Assembly: GCA_030704615.1 (NCBI GenBank)
Contig: CM060732.1
Location: forward strand, 36,952,001 to 37,016,000
Length of the DNA stretch: 64,000 bases
Direction of reading: 5' to 3'
DNA from: Takakia lepidozioides
Taxonomy: Eukaryota > Plantae > Bryophyta
Under the pieces are notes generated by a model. The model did no database searches. It was not told the origin of the DNA and saw only the letters and a program-made list of their open reading frames with translations. Below, in pieces: positions 11,268 to 26,134 of the stretch (position 1 is the stretch's first letter; the number at the start of each line of letters is the position of its first letter). The position numbers and the translations under genes are program-made.

Positions 11268-14200
11268 AACTGTTGAGAGTCTATGAGAGAATGGAATGAT
11301 GATGAAAAAGCTGCTGCATTTACCAGCACCCGTTTTAACAGAAGACTTGGTTTGTGAGTGGACTAAGACCAAACTGCAGAAGACAGTGGATATGTTACCC
11401 CATAATACATGGAGGAGGCATTGAAACTGCAAACAGAATTGACAATTGGGAATGCTCAGAGAGAGAAAGGAAGATGAGGACTCTGAAGCTGAGTCAGATG
11501 AAGAAGAAGAGCAAAGAACTAAAAGAAAGAGTACAGAGAAAGGAAAAGTTGAAGAGGGATAACTATGAGAACAGCTTTGAGGAAATCTTGAAGAAGTAGC
11601 CACAGAGGCTGCAACCCATTGGAGGAAGGGTGTATGTGTGCAAAGTGCCAAAAAATGGGCCATACCACTACAGAATGCCACTGCCTGAGAAACACTGTAC
11701 TATCTGTAAAATGGATACCATTCTACTGAGAATTGTTACTACAACAGAAGGACAGCTGCAAGAAACCTAGGCAAGTGAGGGTGCATCAGGTGCAGCCCCA
11801 GCCAAGAAGAGCACTGATCAGGACCACTAGGGTAGGTCTGGTGGTTATAACACTTGCATGGAAGGGAGAGGTAATTCAAGAGGGAATTACCAAGGAAATT
11901 CCAGAGGCAACTCTCAGGGTACTCCAAGGGGAATTACCAGCCCTGGAATCAGGATTATAGAAATAATCCCAGACCAGACCAAGGGCGAGGACCCAATGGT
12001 GAAAGCTATGTTACTATTGTAATCAGCCAGGACATCGCAAGGCAGCCTGTTCATTCTGGATAAGACCCCAGAATGGATGAGAGCTCCTGTGAATGAGGGC
12101 CCATTGTGGCAGCTCACATGGTTAGGCCATGTGTTGTACCAGAAGTAAGTACAATGATAGTAACAAGAAGTAAAGCCAAACTAATACCTCCAGTTAGAGA
12201 TGAAGAAGATGAGACTGGAAGTGGCCAAGATATGCCTGAATATGAAGAGACTTGGAAGGATGAGAAGGAACTGCACAAGGAAGTGGCAGATACTATAAGG
12301 GAAATGCAAAAGAGTACTGATATTCCTGTTGGCAGATTTCCCTCTGATTCGGATGGAGAAAAAGAGGGGAGTGAGGAAGAAAGGAAAAAGAAGATGCAGA
12401 CATGCAAAGTAATGAGAGACTTTGGCTGAAGTATATGTCAGACCAAGCGGAAATTACCATTGGACAGCTATTAGCTGTGGCAACCTTATTGTAGGCACAG
12501 GCTGTATCAGCAATCAATCGAATTGCCAAGAGACACAAACACAGACCTGAACAGCAAGGTGACCAGTTATAATGTGAAGCCGGAAGGGCGAAACCAGTCA
12601 TGGACTTTGCTGATTCTATGCCAGTAATCCAATTGAGAATTGGAAGCACAGAACTAACTGATTAGTACTGATAGATGTGGTTCTGAGTAAATATCATGAC
12701 AGACCAATTAAGGAGAAGCTTGGTCTAAGTAACATAAACCAGCCCCATTTACAGTAACAATGCAGATCAAAGAAGTGTACATCCATTTGGATTAATAGAA
12801 GGAGTTAAGATACAGATACAGAAAATGATCTTTATGATCACAGTAACTGTATTAAAAATGGATGAGTCATGGAGGCTTACTCCTTATTATTGGGACGTCC
12901 GTGGCTGAAACAGGCAAGGGTATTCCATGACTGGAATTCTCAGTTACTAACTGTGCATAATGGGATGCACGAGATACAAATTACCACAAAGAAATCTAGA
13001 AGATTACCTGCTACAAGAAGACCTCGAGGAGTCAGAGAGTATGACTGGAGGGGAGGACTGGATGGAGGAGCAGGAAGGCTACCCTATTTGCTGCACACCC
13101 AGAATGGGAGCAGGTTGCGGAGATGCGGCTGGAAAGCCTAAGTTGTTTAAGAGGTATCTGCTGTGGTGTAGTGTCGGCAACACCAATTGAAGAGGAAACA
13201 ACTGTTACCTACACATTTCTATGAAGAAAAGGAGAGAGATAGAAATCTAGAAGAACCAGCCACTGTGAGCTTAAAGGATGAAGTGGTGACTGGTGGACAA
13301 TCACAGCTGATGAGCAGGTGAGAGAAGTAAATGTGGGAACTCAGGAGGAACCGAGAATGGTGAAAGTAGGAGCTGATTTGGAGCCGAGTTCTCTTCGAAG
13401 CTAAAGCTTGTTCATCAAATACAGATGTATTTGCTTGGAGCTATGAGGATCTAAAAGGATACCACCTGAAGTCTGTCAACATAAAATTGAACTAGAACCA
13501 GGGTCAGTACCAATCAAGCAGGCGAGGTAGAGAATGAATCCCAACTACGCACAGAAGGTTGGAGAAGAGATAAAGAGTGGCTGAGGCTAAGTTTATATAC
13601 CCAATAGAGTATACAACTTGGTTGTCACCCATTGTTATAGTTCCCAAGAAGAAGGACAAACTAAGAGTATGTGTGAACTATAAGAAGCTGAATGCTTGTA
13701 CGAAAAAGATCCTTTCCCTTTGCCATTCACAGAAGCAATATTAGACACTGTGGCAGGGGCCATGAGATGTACTCATTCATGGATGGCTTCAGTGGTTATA
13801 ATCAAGTGCAAGTGGCAGAAGAAGACCAAGGAAAACAGCTTTCATCACAGACTGGGGGCTTATGCATACAAAGTCATGCCCTTTGGACTTTGTAATGCAC
13901 CAGCGACCTTTCGAGAGTGATAAGTGAATCTTTTCATGAGTATCTGGATAATTTCATGCAGGTATTCTTGGATGATTTCAGTGTGTACAGCTCTAAGAAT
14001 GAGCACTTGCATAAATTGGAGTTATGCCTGGCCAGATGCAGGATGAGAGGTCTGGGCTTGAATCCAGAGAAGTGTACTTTCTGTGTGAACTCAGGGTGCT
14101 TCTGGGACACATAGTGTGTAAGAAGGGACTTCTTGTGGATCCCAGGAAGACAGAGTCCATTCAAGTCTCTCCACCACCAGTGAATGTTAAGAGTTTAAGG

Positions 14201-16986
14201 AGATTCCTTGGGCAAACCAGTTATTACAGAAGATTTGTCAAAAGGTATGCACAAATAGCAGCACCATTGAGCAAGCTTCTGAAGAAAGATGCAGTGTTTT
14301 GCATGGACAGCTGAATGTCAACAGGCGTTTGAGGAACTTACACTGTCAGTAACAACTACACCTGTGCTGATTAACCCTCACTGGCATGTAGTATTTCATG
14401 TTCACTGCGATGCATCAGGAGAAGCGTTGGGAGCGGTGTTAGCCCAGAATGTTACAGGGAATATAGATTCACCTGTGTACTATGCTAGCCGGTTGATGAA
14501 CAGTGCTGAGAGGAACTATAGCACAACGGAAAGAGAGCATTGGCAATGATCTATGCAGTGAAGAAATTCAGGCATTACCTATTGGGAAGAAAGTTATGTT
14601 TTATGTGGATCACCAGGCTCTGATATATCTGGTGAACAAACCTTTGATAAGTGGAAGGATAGCGAGGTGGTTAATAACTCTTGCATGAGTTGAGTTCGAG
14701 GTTATTTACAAGCCTGGCCGTTTGCATCTTGTGGCAGATCATTTGTCGCGACTAACAACAGGAGAGGCCGCCACAGGAGTGGACGATCAGTTACCTGATG
14801 CGAGTTTATTTGTAATGGAGGTGCAAGGAAGTGCAGATGAATGGTTAGATTGGCAATGGCCAATCAGATACTACCTTGCTCATGGTCAGTGCCCACCTAG
14901 TTATGGTAAGGGCAGAGGAAGAGAATCGCTATCAAAGCTTTACCTTATACTATGGTAGGAAGCAGAATGTATAAGTTAGGACCAGATGGGGTACTAAAAC
15001 GATGCTTGTACCACCATGAAGTAAATAAAGTCTTGGAGGAAGTTCATAAAGGAGTGGCTGGAGGTCATTTTGGAGAAGAGACTACCAGTAGAAAGATACT
15101 ACTCGCAGGATACTGGTGGCCTACTTTGTTCAAAGATGTACATGAGTATTGTCAGAAGTGTGATGAATGTCAGAGGCTAGGACCTTTGCAGAGATCTGGA
15201 AGAATGGCCTTGCATCCTACAATGCCTACGGAACCATTTCAGAAATGGGGACTAGACTTTGTTGGACCAATTAATCCACCATCCAAGAATACACAAACAG
15301 GTACATAATTACACCTGATTATACTACAAAGTGGGTGGAAGCTAAAGCTTTGAGGGACAACACACCAAGTCCACAGCAGGTTCCTGTACGAGAACATACT
15401 TACACGATTTGGATGTCCCTTAGAATTTATCAGTGATCAAGGAAGTCACTTCATGAATGAGACCATTGAGTTATTGACTAAAGAGTTTATGATTGTGCAT
15501 AGAAAGAGTACAACATATTACCCACAGGGTAATGGGCAGGCAGAGGCTACCAACAAAATATTATGTATTATCTTGGCTAAGATAGTCAATGCAAACAGAA
15601 CGGATTGGGATACAAAGCTGCTGACAGCTTTGTGGTCATACAGGACTTCATATAAAGTCACCACAAGTATACACCATTCCAATTAGTTTATGGTATGGAA
15701 GCCTTACTTCCAGTGGAATTCCTGTTACCTACCATGAGAACGGAGTGGGGAAAAAGAATGGAATTGCAAGACTCCATCAAAGTCAGGAAACATGAATTAT
15801 ACCATGTGGAAGAAATACGTGCTGATGCAGCTGATAATATGACCAAAATTCAGATGAAGAGAAAGGAACAGTTTGATGAAGGCAAGTTAAAGACTTTTAA
15901 GACGGGGGATTTGGTTCTATGGTTGCAGAAAAAAGGAAAGATTCAAGCTTCTAAGCTTAAATCACCATGGAAAGGACCTTATGTCATACAAAAGATGTAT
16001 GATAAACAACACAGCCATGTTACAAAACATTAACAAAGAAATGCTGGGAAGAGTCAATGCAAATAAGTTGAAGGGGTACAGTGGTATCCATGACAAACCC
16101 CTGCAGCATGATTTGCATGTTGAACCGCAAGAGCAGTCACGGGCTGCACCAGTGTTACGAACGGAGTATGGAACAGTTGTCGCTAGGCCCAGTATATATG
16201 ACCGGGGTGGGCAAAACAAACGTGACACAGCCTATCACAGCCCATCACGGCGTGACACAGCCTATCACAGCCCAGCACGGCGTGACACAGCCTATCACAC
16301 AGCCCAACACGGCGTGACACAGCCTATCACACAACAGCCCTACGGTGTGACACACCTATCACAGCCCACACGGCGTGCACACAGCCTATCACAGCCCGCC
16401 TCGACTGACACAGCCTATCACAACCTACCGCAGCGTGTCACAGCCTATCACAGCTTAACCACAGTGCAACACAGCCTATCACAGTATGACACAGCCTGTC
16501 ACACAAACAACACAGCCTACTAAGTTACACCATCCATAGAATCAGTGGCAAGTGGACACATAATAACTCAGGAAAATGGATGACGGAAGAGGAAACGGAA
16601 ATTACTTTAAAAATAGACACGTGGAGGTCAGGGTGCGACACACAGCAGAGAATGAGTGCAAGGACAGGTGTCAAAAAGAAAGAGGACAAGAACGGCCGTC
16701 AAAAGGATGAAAGGCGGCCCATTAATGAATACGGAAAAAGGGAAACAGAACGAACGGCAAGTACAGAAAAACTGAATTCATGTCGCATGTTGTGATCCTA
16801 GTGGACTATCCAGCAGAAAAGTCCACTAAAGAGATAAAAGTTAAAATCCAGTCACAGCGGATACAGCCCAATAGAAAACCAGAGAAATGATCAAGAAAAT
16901 GGAGGAAATTAAGCGCAAGAGGCGGCGTCGTTCTGAGTAACGGGCGTCTCGACAGGACAGGCCATAAATGCTATAACTTGGAAACT

Positions 16987-19900
16987 ATGGAGGAACTAAC
17001 AGACTATACGCTCGCAATATTACTTACGCAATGGCAGAGACACGAAACGAAAGAGCAGAGCTTTTCTCTTGAACAATGCTTGCAAGCCCCGCAGGCTTAC
17101 AAGAGATTACCCATAGCTTTCTGCGGCAACCATACGTTTCTGCTTTGTGCACTACAGGCATTCCGCAGTTGTTACAGCCAAAGCAGTTCTGTGAGTCTAA
17201 GATGAAGAAAGTGAGAGGAATGGAGGAAATCAGGGTGAAGAGCACCACAATTCTGCAGAAACAAACGATGGCTACCCCACAGGCGATAAAGATACTGAAG
17301 GAGCTGAGATTGGAAGGATTGCAAAGCATGGATTGGACACTACACCCATAGACAGTACATGTTACAATTTTTGCAGAACTTTGAGCCAAAGACAGGAACA
17401 ACAACGGTGAAGGGAGTTGAATTAATGATTACTCCCCTATACCTCCAGCAATTGTTTCGATTGCCAGCAGTCATGTGTATGTGGAGGAACACAGGGAAAG
17501 ACTGCAAATAGGGGATTTATTCCAAGAAGGGAGTTTCTTTAAAACTCAGGGTTATGCTTGTACCAAAGCTGTGTACCCAGGGTTAAAAGACATAGGTCAA
17601 GTATTGAACGTTCTGATTGCCCTGAAACAGAACCAACAATATTTGAGCAGATCCTTCACAGAGGAAATCCTCAAAGGCTTGAAGGGACAAAGGTACAATG
17701 GGCGGACATAATGTACAACGCACTGGTAGAGGAGATGAAAAGATTACAAGGTACTACCGCAAAATCTCCTATCATAGTGTCTGGCCCAATCATTGCTCAA
17801 ATAATCCTTAGTTCTGGCATACTTAATGCACAAGAAAGGAAGGAAATGGGAGTGTTTGAGCCAGAAACAACTGCAATGGAAGAGCAAGGCTCTTCACACA
17901 GTGAGGGTGGACTAGCAGCACAACCCGAGACTAAGAGGCAGAGAAGGGGAAAGACTGTAGTGCGGATCCACTGGCTTCACGGATTCCGCATGATAATGTT
18001 TCCCAAGCTCATGACCAGGAAGGGGCACAGCAGCACAAAAGAATGTTATTACTGGAAGCAAGACCTTCAGAGAGGGAGGAAGAAGTTACTTCTGCATCAC
18101 AGCAACACAGCCACTTGAACGACTTGTCACAAGGTCACAAGTTATCCATGCAGCTCAACCCGAAATAATTGATTTGGAAAGTGAAGGGATAGAGATTCCA
18201 ACTACAGAGCAGATAGTGGCAGAAATAGAGAAAGGGGACCTTCTCTATGAATATTCTGGTCTGGTAAAGGAGACAGAAATCCCAGAGGTGCAACAGTTGC
18301 CCAAGGGAAATCCTGAGGTGCATATAATGCACACACCTGTGTTGGAGGTACCACAGGCGGAAGGTCATGACACTGTAACACCAGTCATAGATGAAGTAGT
18401 TCAGGAAGAAAATCCGGTGGGACAATGGCCTGAATGGTTAGTGAGACATCATACTGTTGAAGATCGGGAGGAACAGCAGCAACCTCACCATGATGACCCT
18501 CAACAGGCAATGCTGATGAGTTCCATAGGCAGGACACTTAATTTGTTGGGGACTTATGTCAAATCCCATGTTCCAATTACCCAATTGACAGCCTTGAAAG
18601 AAGAACTCAGGAAGGAGTTTGAGGCTCGACTTGCCACTGAATGTGCAAACAAGGTCGATGAAGAGGTCACTCTCAAGATGAAGCAGGACTTGGCCAATAC
18701 AGAAATGGCTTTGCAATTGGCCAAGCAACAATTGATTGAGGCAGGCCTCGCGCAAGACCAGTTGCACGAAGCACATAAGCAACAGCTATACCAAATGCAG
18801 GTGCAGCATGAAAGCAAGTTGCAAGAACTGAATGCACTACATACGGAGTTGCAGACAGTGCATAACAGGATGGCGATACAATGCGTTACATTTACAACTA
18901 TGCTTGACCAATCAACAAAAGAAATAAACAGTCAAGCGGAAAAATGTACGAAGGCAGAAGAAGAGAATGTGGAGCACATGAAGCTCATTGTCGATATGAA
19001 GAATACAATCTGTCGCAATGAAGATACTTTCAAGCAATACAGGCAGATGGAAGCTGAGCAGAGAAATACATCGTGGAGTTGCAACAAACCATCGTGGCCA
19101 ATAGAAATGAAATCGCGGTCAGTAACAAGGCTTCGAAGGAAGCCAATAATCTACTTGCTGCCTATGCGCAATTGGTTGAGCCACAGGCAAAGCGCATGAA
19201 GGCTTTACAACAGCAGTTGGAATTGTACAAGCTAAGAGAAGAGCAAACTCTCAGGGGAACCACAAGCAGCTTGGTGGATAACAGCCTTATGCAGGTCTGG
19301 TTAGCACAAGGCCAGTAGAGGGCAAAAGCCCACGGAAGCTCACCCAAAGCGAGATGAATGAGCTCAGACTGCAGGTGCAGAACATTGCCACAACTACTAT
19401 AGACAATGTCTATAGTAGGATAGCAGAGTTACAAGAGGATGTAGACGGACTCCAGACTCAAGTGGAAGACCTCACTTCAAACATCGACCAAAGAGTCTAT
19501 ATCCCTCAGGAACAGCTAATGGCTTCTTATTTGCAAGCCAGAACTCTGGCTTTTCAGTCTTCACAGGAGGTGCAGGAGATGCCAATGGTACAGGAACCAG
19601 TACCCCACCACCACCACAACAGGTCAGTGTACCAGTAGCTGAACCTGTGGTTACTACAACCACACCACAGCCACCACAGCCGGAGGTATGGGGCAATGCA
19701 GCTTTTAACCCACCTAAAACTCCAGCTGCCAGGGAGTACAGTAGGGCTATGATTATGCCTTCAACCAAATTCCCATCATGTTGGATTTGGCTTGGAAAGA
19801 ATTTAGTCCTCCGCAGTCATTCGCACATTACTACCAAATCATGCGTATTTGGCTGCCAGTGGCAACCAGGACTAAAGTTCTTCCAAACAATCGACATATT

Positions 19901-20770
19901 GAAGATCATCACTTTGCACAATACTGGCACGAGGCAGGTACCATGTTGAGGGAATTGGTTGCTTTCCAGGTTGTACATGGACTCATTTATACCAAGACCA
20001 AGGAGATAGCAAGTATTGTCATGGGGTGCGGGCTATACTACGCTGCTTGTTTTCTGATACGTTACCACATAGAGCAACAAAAGATGCAAGCACGCTTTCA
20101 AAGTTACTCCAGTGGAGATCATTGGGTATTACCTTCGGTGCCACCTCATATGTACCTATATGACCCAAAAGTTATGATACAGAAGGATTCTCAAATTCGT
20201 TCATGGTTTCAAGCAGCCTGCAACAATTTGTCAACACAGAAATTCGGACTTGATGACATTTTCTATAAGGGACATATCGCATGGAAATACTTGCACGCTG
20301 CACCAGTAATTGGTACCCCACTCATCTGGACAGACAAGGAGCTCAGTGTCTACACCAATTTTGCTGTTCAACGGTTACACCAGGTTGTAAAATGCAAACT
20401 TCCAGACATGGTAGGACAGCATTGTATGCCCCAGATGATTCCACAAAAAGTTCGAAATTAAAACACCTGAGAGGCGATGAGGATTCTGATACAACTGTTT
20501 CTTCACAAAATTCTTTTGACATGGGAGAAGACTATGCAATTCAGATGGAAGAAAAGAAAAAAAGGGATCTCCTATGCCGGAAAGATTACCTCGATATCAG
20601 CCTCCAGAAGGCCTCACTTATCCAGGTAGTGATCAACCATCTCCATCAACCAGAGACAGACCTCGGGCTCGTACACACAGCCCACCACGAAACTCTCAAC
20701 GTCAACAAGATGCTCACTCACAAAGGTTGCTACTCGGAAACAGTAAACCGTGAGGACACGGCTTTTTGAG
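16987..20770 (+). pseudogene. Extra 3' ORFs of Gypsy copy 2
   Basis: ORFs 16978, 17076, 17475, 17558, 18174, 19073, 19354, 19647 and 19778 match copy 1, with mostly different frameshift positions. Confidence 0.8.
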
Positions 20771-20784
20771 GGGGAAAGGGGTAA

Positions 20785-21255
20785 TGTTAGAGGACTGTAG
20801 GGGACTTAGACACTTATACGGGATCTGTAGGGTACCCTTAATTTTTGCACAGACTGAGACAAACAGGAACCTTAGGGGTGACAGCAGCGCACTGTAGAGG
20901 GGGGTTACATAGCCCACACAGCCGACACAGCAGTCACAGCCCACACAGCCAACACAGCCCGTCACAGTCGTCACAGCCCACACAGCCGTCACAGCCCACA
21001 CAGCCCACACAGCCCGTCACAGTCGTCACAGCCCACACAGCCCACACAGCCCGTCACAGTCGTCACAGCCCACACAGCCCACACAGCCGTCACAGCCCAC
21101 ACAGCCTGTCACAGTCGTCACAGCCCACACAGCCCACACAGCCCGTCACAGTCGTCACAGCAGACACAGCCTACACAGCCAGTCACAGCCCGCACAGCCA
21201 CACAGCCAGTCACAGCCCGACACAGCCAACACAGCCAGTCACCGCTTGACACAGC
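20785..21255 (+). repeat. 3' LTR (end not resolved) with expanded CACAGCC/GTCACA array
   Basis: Begins TGTTAG 3 nt after the PPT. Repeats span 20910-21255, then the sequence changes abruptly at TGTCACG (21256). Confidence 0.8.
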
Positions 21256-24200
21256 TGTCACGATAATAGGGAACGAAGAGTAGGACAGGGAACGACTGTG
21301 GGGAACAACACCTGTGAAGGGAACATGTTAGTTCACATACGACGGTTAGAGAGGGAAACGGTTAGAACCGCGGATAGGAGGATAAAAGGAAAAACGGGGA
21401 ATGAAGAAGGGGATCATTATTCGGGGAGGACTTCGGAGTCAGGCGGGAGTGGAGATCGGAGAGCACAATGAAGGAGAAAGAGGATTAGTAGATGCTTGTT
21501 ATATGCAAAGCTATAGTGATATAGGAAAGAAGAATAGAGACATAATGGCTTCGGCCTGATACCTGATAAATCATAATCTGATACTTATACGATACAATCA
21601 CACTGTGTAGAGAGATCTGAGTGAAGCTGTGGATTGAATGGAGGAGTTAAGGAAACCGATAAATTGATGAAGCAAACTGATACTTAATTATCAATGGTAA
21701 GGTAGCTAAGATGAATGCGGAAAAGGAAACAAATAGGAAACACCCCCATGATACACTAGCTGTAGGTCATGACTGATTGTTCTGCGCGGGCGGAGTACTT
21801 AGAGATTTCCAACTCTTCTATCTTGGAGTTTCCGCCTCGGATAACGAAGGGATGGGTGAGTAAAAGCCGCGCGACAGATATGCCCGAGGAGTCCTCAGGC
21901 CAAAAAGAAAGGCTGCTGGCTAGGCTGGGTCCAACGGGATCAACCTACGAACTGTAGCAGGTGGTGCAAAGAAAGAACTCTCTACTGGCCGATCTCTAAC
22001 TGTGTGCAGCAATGACAATGAACCGGACGTAATCAACTCACGGATAAGGGACGCTGGTGTGGTCCTTCGGTGATAATATCGGGGCGGCAGGAAGGGTCGA
22101 CAAGACCTCCTCGGATGTGGGAGACTCTCGCCAACAATCCCGCTCTCTCCTGGTCCTACCCCAATCAGCCAATCCACAAAGGCGGGGCGATGGCCGCAAA
22201 GAGCACGTCCTACGCACTCTCTCAAAGGGGCCGATCGTCGAATCGTCCTGCTACACGTATACAGCAGGGTGTCGGTGATGGTGCGGCATAGCGCACAACA
22301 GGCCAAATAAGACACCTGCCAAGCAAGATGGACCTCAAGGTTCGAGTCAAAATAAATATAAGCGAGGAAAGGTGGCTGGCAACAACTCGGCCAACGGGTG
22401 TGTTGAACCAGAAGAATGTGGACATGGGAGCCGTTCGGGCTCCAAGGCCTCGGGGTCCCACTCGGGCAGAGATCCAATACTCCGGATACTCCTCTGCAAT
22501 GGTCAAGATGCGCCGTCGCATCAATCTGCAAATTATTGTGGCCTCTGGGCCAGGCACGTCTCCAGTCCTGGTGCCGGAGATAATGCGATAGAGTCCGATC
22601 ACGCGGTACTCAAAGGAATGCTCCCGGCGGGGAGCTCCAGACGATGCAGCCATACTGCAACTCAAGGAGAGCCATGAGGTTAGCTCAATGCACACTTAAG
22701 TGTGATAAATCTGTTTACATGTACAGAAAGTAGTCAATCAGCCTCCTTGGGCGTAAGAAACGAATAAAAAATGCACAACATCAAACAAAGTGCGATAGTA
22801 AGATCAAGGTAAAGAATAATGGTCAATAAATCCTCATTCATTCTGACCACGGAGAAACTTGACTTTCACTTGTCTCCCGGCAGACGTACCAAAATATGAC
22901 GAGCCCTGATCGCGCGTGGTCAGGGTGACGGCATACTAGCCGAGGGGGTCGTAGCAAGTTGCGGTGTAGGTTGGGCTCAACGAACCGTCTACCCGGCTGC
23001 GGTAAGTGCAGGGGTCTGTGGCAACTATCGACGGATCTAGATAGTCTAAGTTCCTACCGGCAAAGCAAAGCTTAACAACTCTACTTCACAGGATGATTTG
23101 CGTTTCCTAGTCCTACGTTTTGTTTATGGGTTTTTCTACGTCTTTAATCGTAATTGCCTTCCAAGTCTTTGTTTATTACTACTTCCTACATGCCTGGACT
23201 CCCAACACGCTTATAGCCGGGACGAACCTTCAAATCCTTTCACAAAACGAATCCCGAGCCCAGGGAGACGGGGATCATCTATCTCCCGCCCAATGCCCCC
23301 CCCTAAATCCCGAGGTGGATGAGTGTCCTACTTCCTAGGAAGGGACCAGATCCGCTTTCCCAAATCAGTCTCTCATGCTTAGAGCGATCCCAAAATGCAA
23401 CCTCAATGGTCAGTCCATCGGGTGAATGATAACAATTCAAACCTCTGGTAATTCCCGAGGTCTAATAACAATGGCCGTTCCTTGGCCCAAGGCCCCCCAG
23501 CGCAAATATCCTCGGCGGAAGGGGGCGATACCGCCCTTAAAATTTGCGTTTCGAAGTTAAGAGGGTCCGGATAAAATCCCTTAATAAAGGAGAATTACCT
23601 TGCTAGAAAATAAAGAAAAATCATTAAAATATTCCTACAAATGCATGAAATTCGCAGAAATAGAGAATCATCGTAGGATGTTGGGGCTAATTAAATTACC
23701 CTCAAGGTACCAGGGGAACGCCCTTTATGCCGGGAGCATTGGGGAACCATTCTCCACTTGGGAGAGCCCCTAAATTCCTACACCAAACCACTCAAGCACG
23801 CATTAGCAACTTAAACCATCACCAGGCTAGGATGAATGAAATCTGCCGCCCATCAATTTCTCATCTGCTTGCCACCCTGGTGTGTAAACAATGATTAAAC
23901 AATCAGTGGGTCCAGGGTCCATTCCATGCGCCTCTTCTACCTACTTCCAATATAATCTGATTAATTTATGCAGCTAGCCAGCCTAGCACAAAGTTGAAAC
24001 ATGTCATCTTCTACCTTGTGTAACCCCACCAAGGATTCTCTCCTCCTTGTCTCTGGGCTCACTCTCTCTGCCTGTGGCATCTACCCGTGAGTCGTGCTTT
24101 CATAAACCCCGGAATACATATAAAACTGATGGCCTCGCTGGGGCTTATCCAATGGTTCCAACCATTTCTTATCCCTTGCTAAAATACGCCCTTATTCTAG

Positions 24201-26134
24201 TGCACAAGAAATCAAAGGCATAGGGAGAAAACCCCCCTTAAAATACCCGTTATAGGGACCAACAGTCCCTGGCGAGGTCCGTCGAATTATCCAGCGGTTA
24301 AGACTGCTATCCCGCGGCCAGCGCTACGTGGCGCGGCGTGGCTGGCCCGCTGCCGGCGCGGGTCCAGCGGGTAATAGGCAGGCTCCGTCGTCTCTGCCGC
24401 TCGTGTCGTACCTGCGCGGGCCCAGCTATGGCGCCTGGTGCTGCCACGCAGTGCACCATCGAGCGTACTTTGCTCCAGGGGTCAACTCCCCCCACGAGGG
24501 CAGGCCGCGCCACCCGTGTTAGATGCGCCACTCCATGGCGATTCTAGGCAACCTCCTTGGTTGACCTCCAACCCAAAGGCGCCTAAAGCGCCGGCACTTA
24601 AGTGTTAGGCTCTGCCTTTTTTGGCAGCCCTCTACAAAATAGCTTAACCACTTATAAGTTAGTTAGCAACGCCTCCCATGGTCATCTATGGCCAGGGGGC
24701 TTATGAATCATAGATATGATCTTAATAATATGGAAATTTTGACGATAGCTTCGCCGTCTCATGCAATATGGCCGTCGCCACTAAGCTATAAAGGGAAATT
24801 TGACAAGAGGTTCGCCACTTCATGCAAGCTCGCCCTCTTCTTAAACATAATAATGGACATCTACCCTCACTTCCATGACGTAATTGGGTTAGGTTCCTAA
24901 GGCCCTGTCTCTTGGGCTTCACACCTATGCTCTTCACACATGTACGTAGAGATGCACACACATCCTCTTTGAAAGAGGGTTAGTTTTTATAGATTTTTAG
25001 CAAACAATGCTTATAAGGTCCTTTCCTTGGACAAAACTTGAACAACAAATGAAATGAATGAATTCAAATGTCAAGAATGAATGGTAAGTCACCCTCTGAA
25101 ACAAGTGGTGTTTGGGATGCACTAAATCGCTCGGTAGAATGGTACTCAAGCTTGGTCCTCCTCCGACACTCCTACTCGTCCTCAAGTCTCCCACTTCATG
25201 GAGCGCTTCCTCTACTTCTTGCCTCAAATGGCCACAAGGCCCTGAGCTAGGACTATCCTGCTCTCAATATGCTTGCTTCTAATACTAGAGAGCCAGAAGC
25301 TCAACTCTCTAGGAACTAGCTCCCTCAAGCTCAAAACTAACTACACAAGCAAGAGGCCCAAAACAAGGAAATGAGACTAGATTGAAGAACAAGAGGAGCT
25401 TGCTCTTCTTTTATTGTGTTTTTGGGGCCTCTTAAACTAGTGAAGGATAGTCTTAAACTATTATTTCCTACATGAATCTATAATTTAAAAACGATAGAAC
25501 ACCATAGAATAATAACCACGGATGGAAAACCTTGGTGTTAATGATAAATCTGGTTTTTCATCCATCCAATGGATGACCAGTTGGCGCTAGGTTGTCTTTT
25601 CATCCCTCCAACTTGCAGGTCGAATTTCCAGATTTCATCCATTGGATGAACTAGAATTCATTTAATCGCCATTCGCAACGGCCTCCGGCGTGATAATTTG
25701 ATGCCGTCTCTCATCACCTTCAAAAATCCTCAAACTTGGTGACAAATTATATTTAGATTCCTTGTAGCTGCCCACAAAATCTCAAGGGAATCGGGGAAGA
25801 AAAGCCATACCTTTGGTTGGTTTCCATGGTTTCGCCATATACGCAGTCTGCCGCTTCCTGGCAGTAAAAATACTGGTGGGGCCCCCAAGGGGTCTTTGGC
25901 CCTGCCACTGGGTCGCAGATCATTTGGAGTTTCCTCCTACACACTTTGCATTGCTGAGGAGTTCAAAACTTCACCGGGAAGCTCCTTGTCTCTGACATAA
26001 TCTAAATTCCTACGTGCTTTACTAGCGATTCCAGATAACTCACAAATTGCCCTGCTTTGGCAGTACAATGCCTAAACTGTCTACCTTAAGATAAAAAACG
26101 ATCTGAAAAGAAATATGTATCAATATATGCATCT

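Larger units (their letters stand above)
11268..21255 (+). mobile_element. Ty3/Gypsy element copy 2 (gag C-terminus, PR, RT, RH, INT, extra ORFs, PPT, 3' LTR)
   Basis: CCHC knuckles near 11635-11745 and 12008-12050. Protease LLLGRPWL (12880). RT motifs KDPFPLPF, MDGFSGYNQ, VMPFGLCNAPATF, VFLDDF. RNase H. Integrase with WKGPY. PPT 20768-20781. LTR from 20785. No chromodomain seen. Confidence 0.93.

Noticed and set aside
10319-11681. Long ORFs spanning poly-X
   Set aside because: Artefacts of the N gap.
20845-21249. His/Ser/Thr-rich proteins in LTRs (also 3887..4147)
   Set aside because: Translations of the CACAGC tandem repeats.
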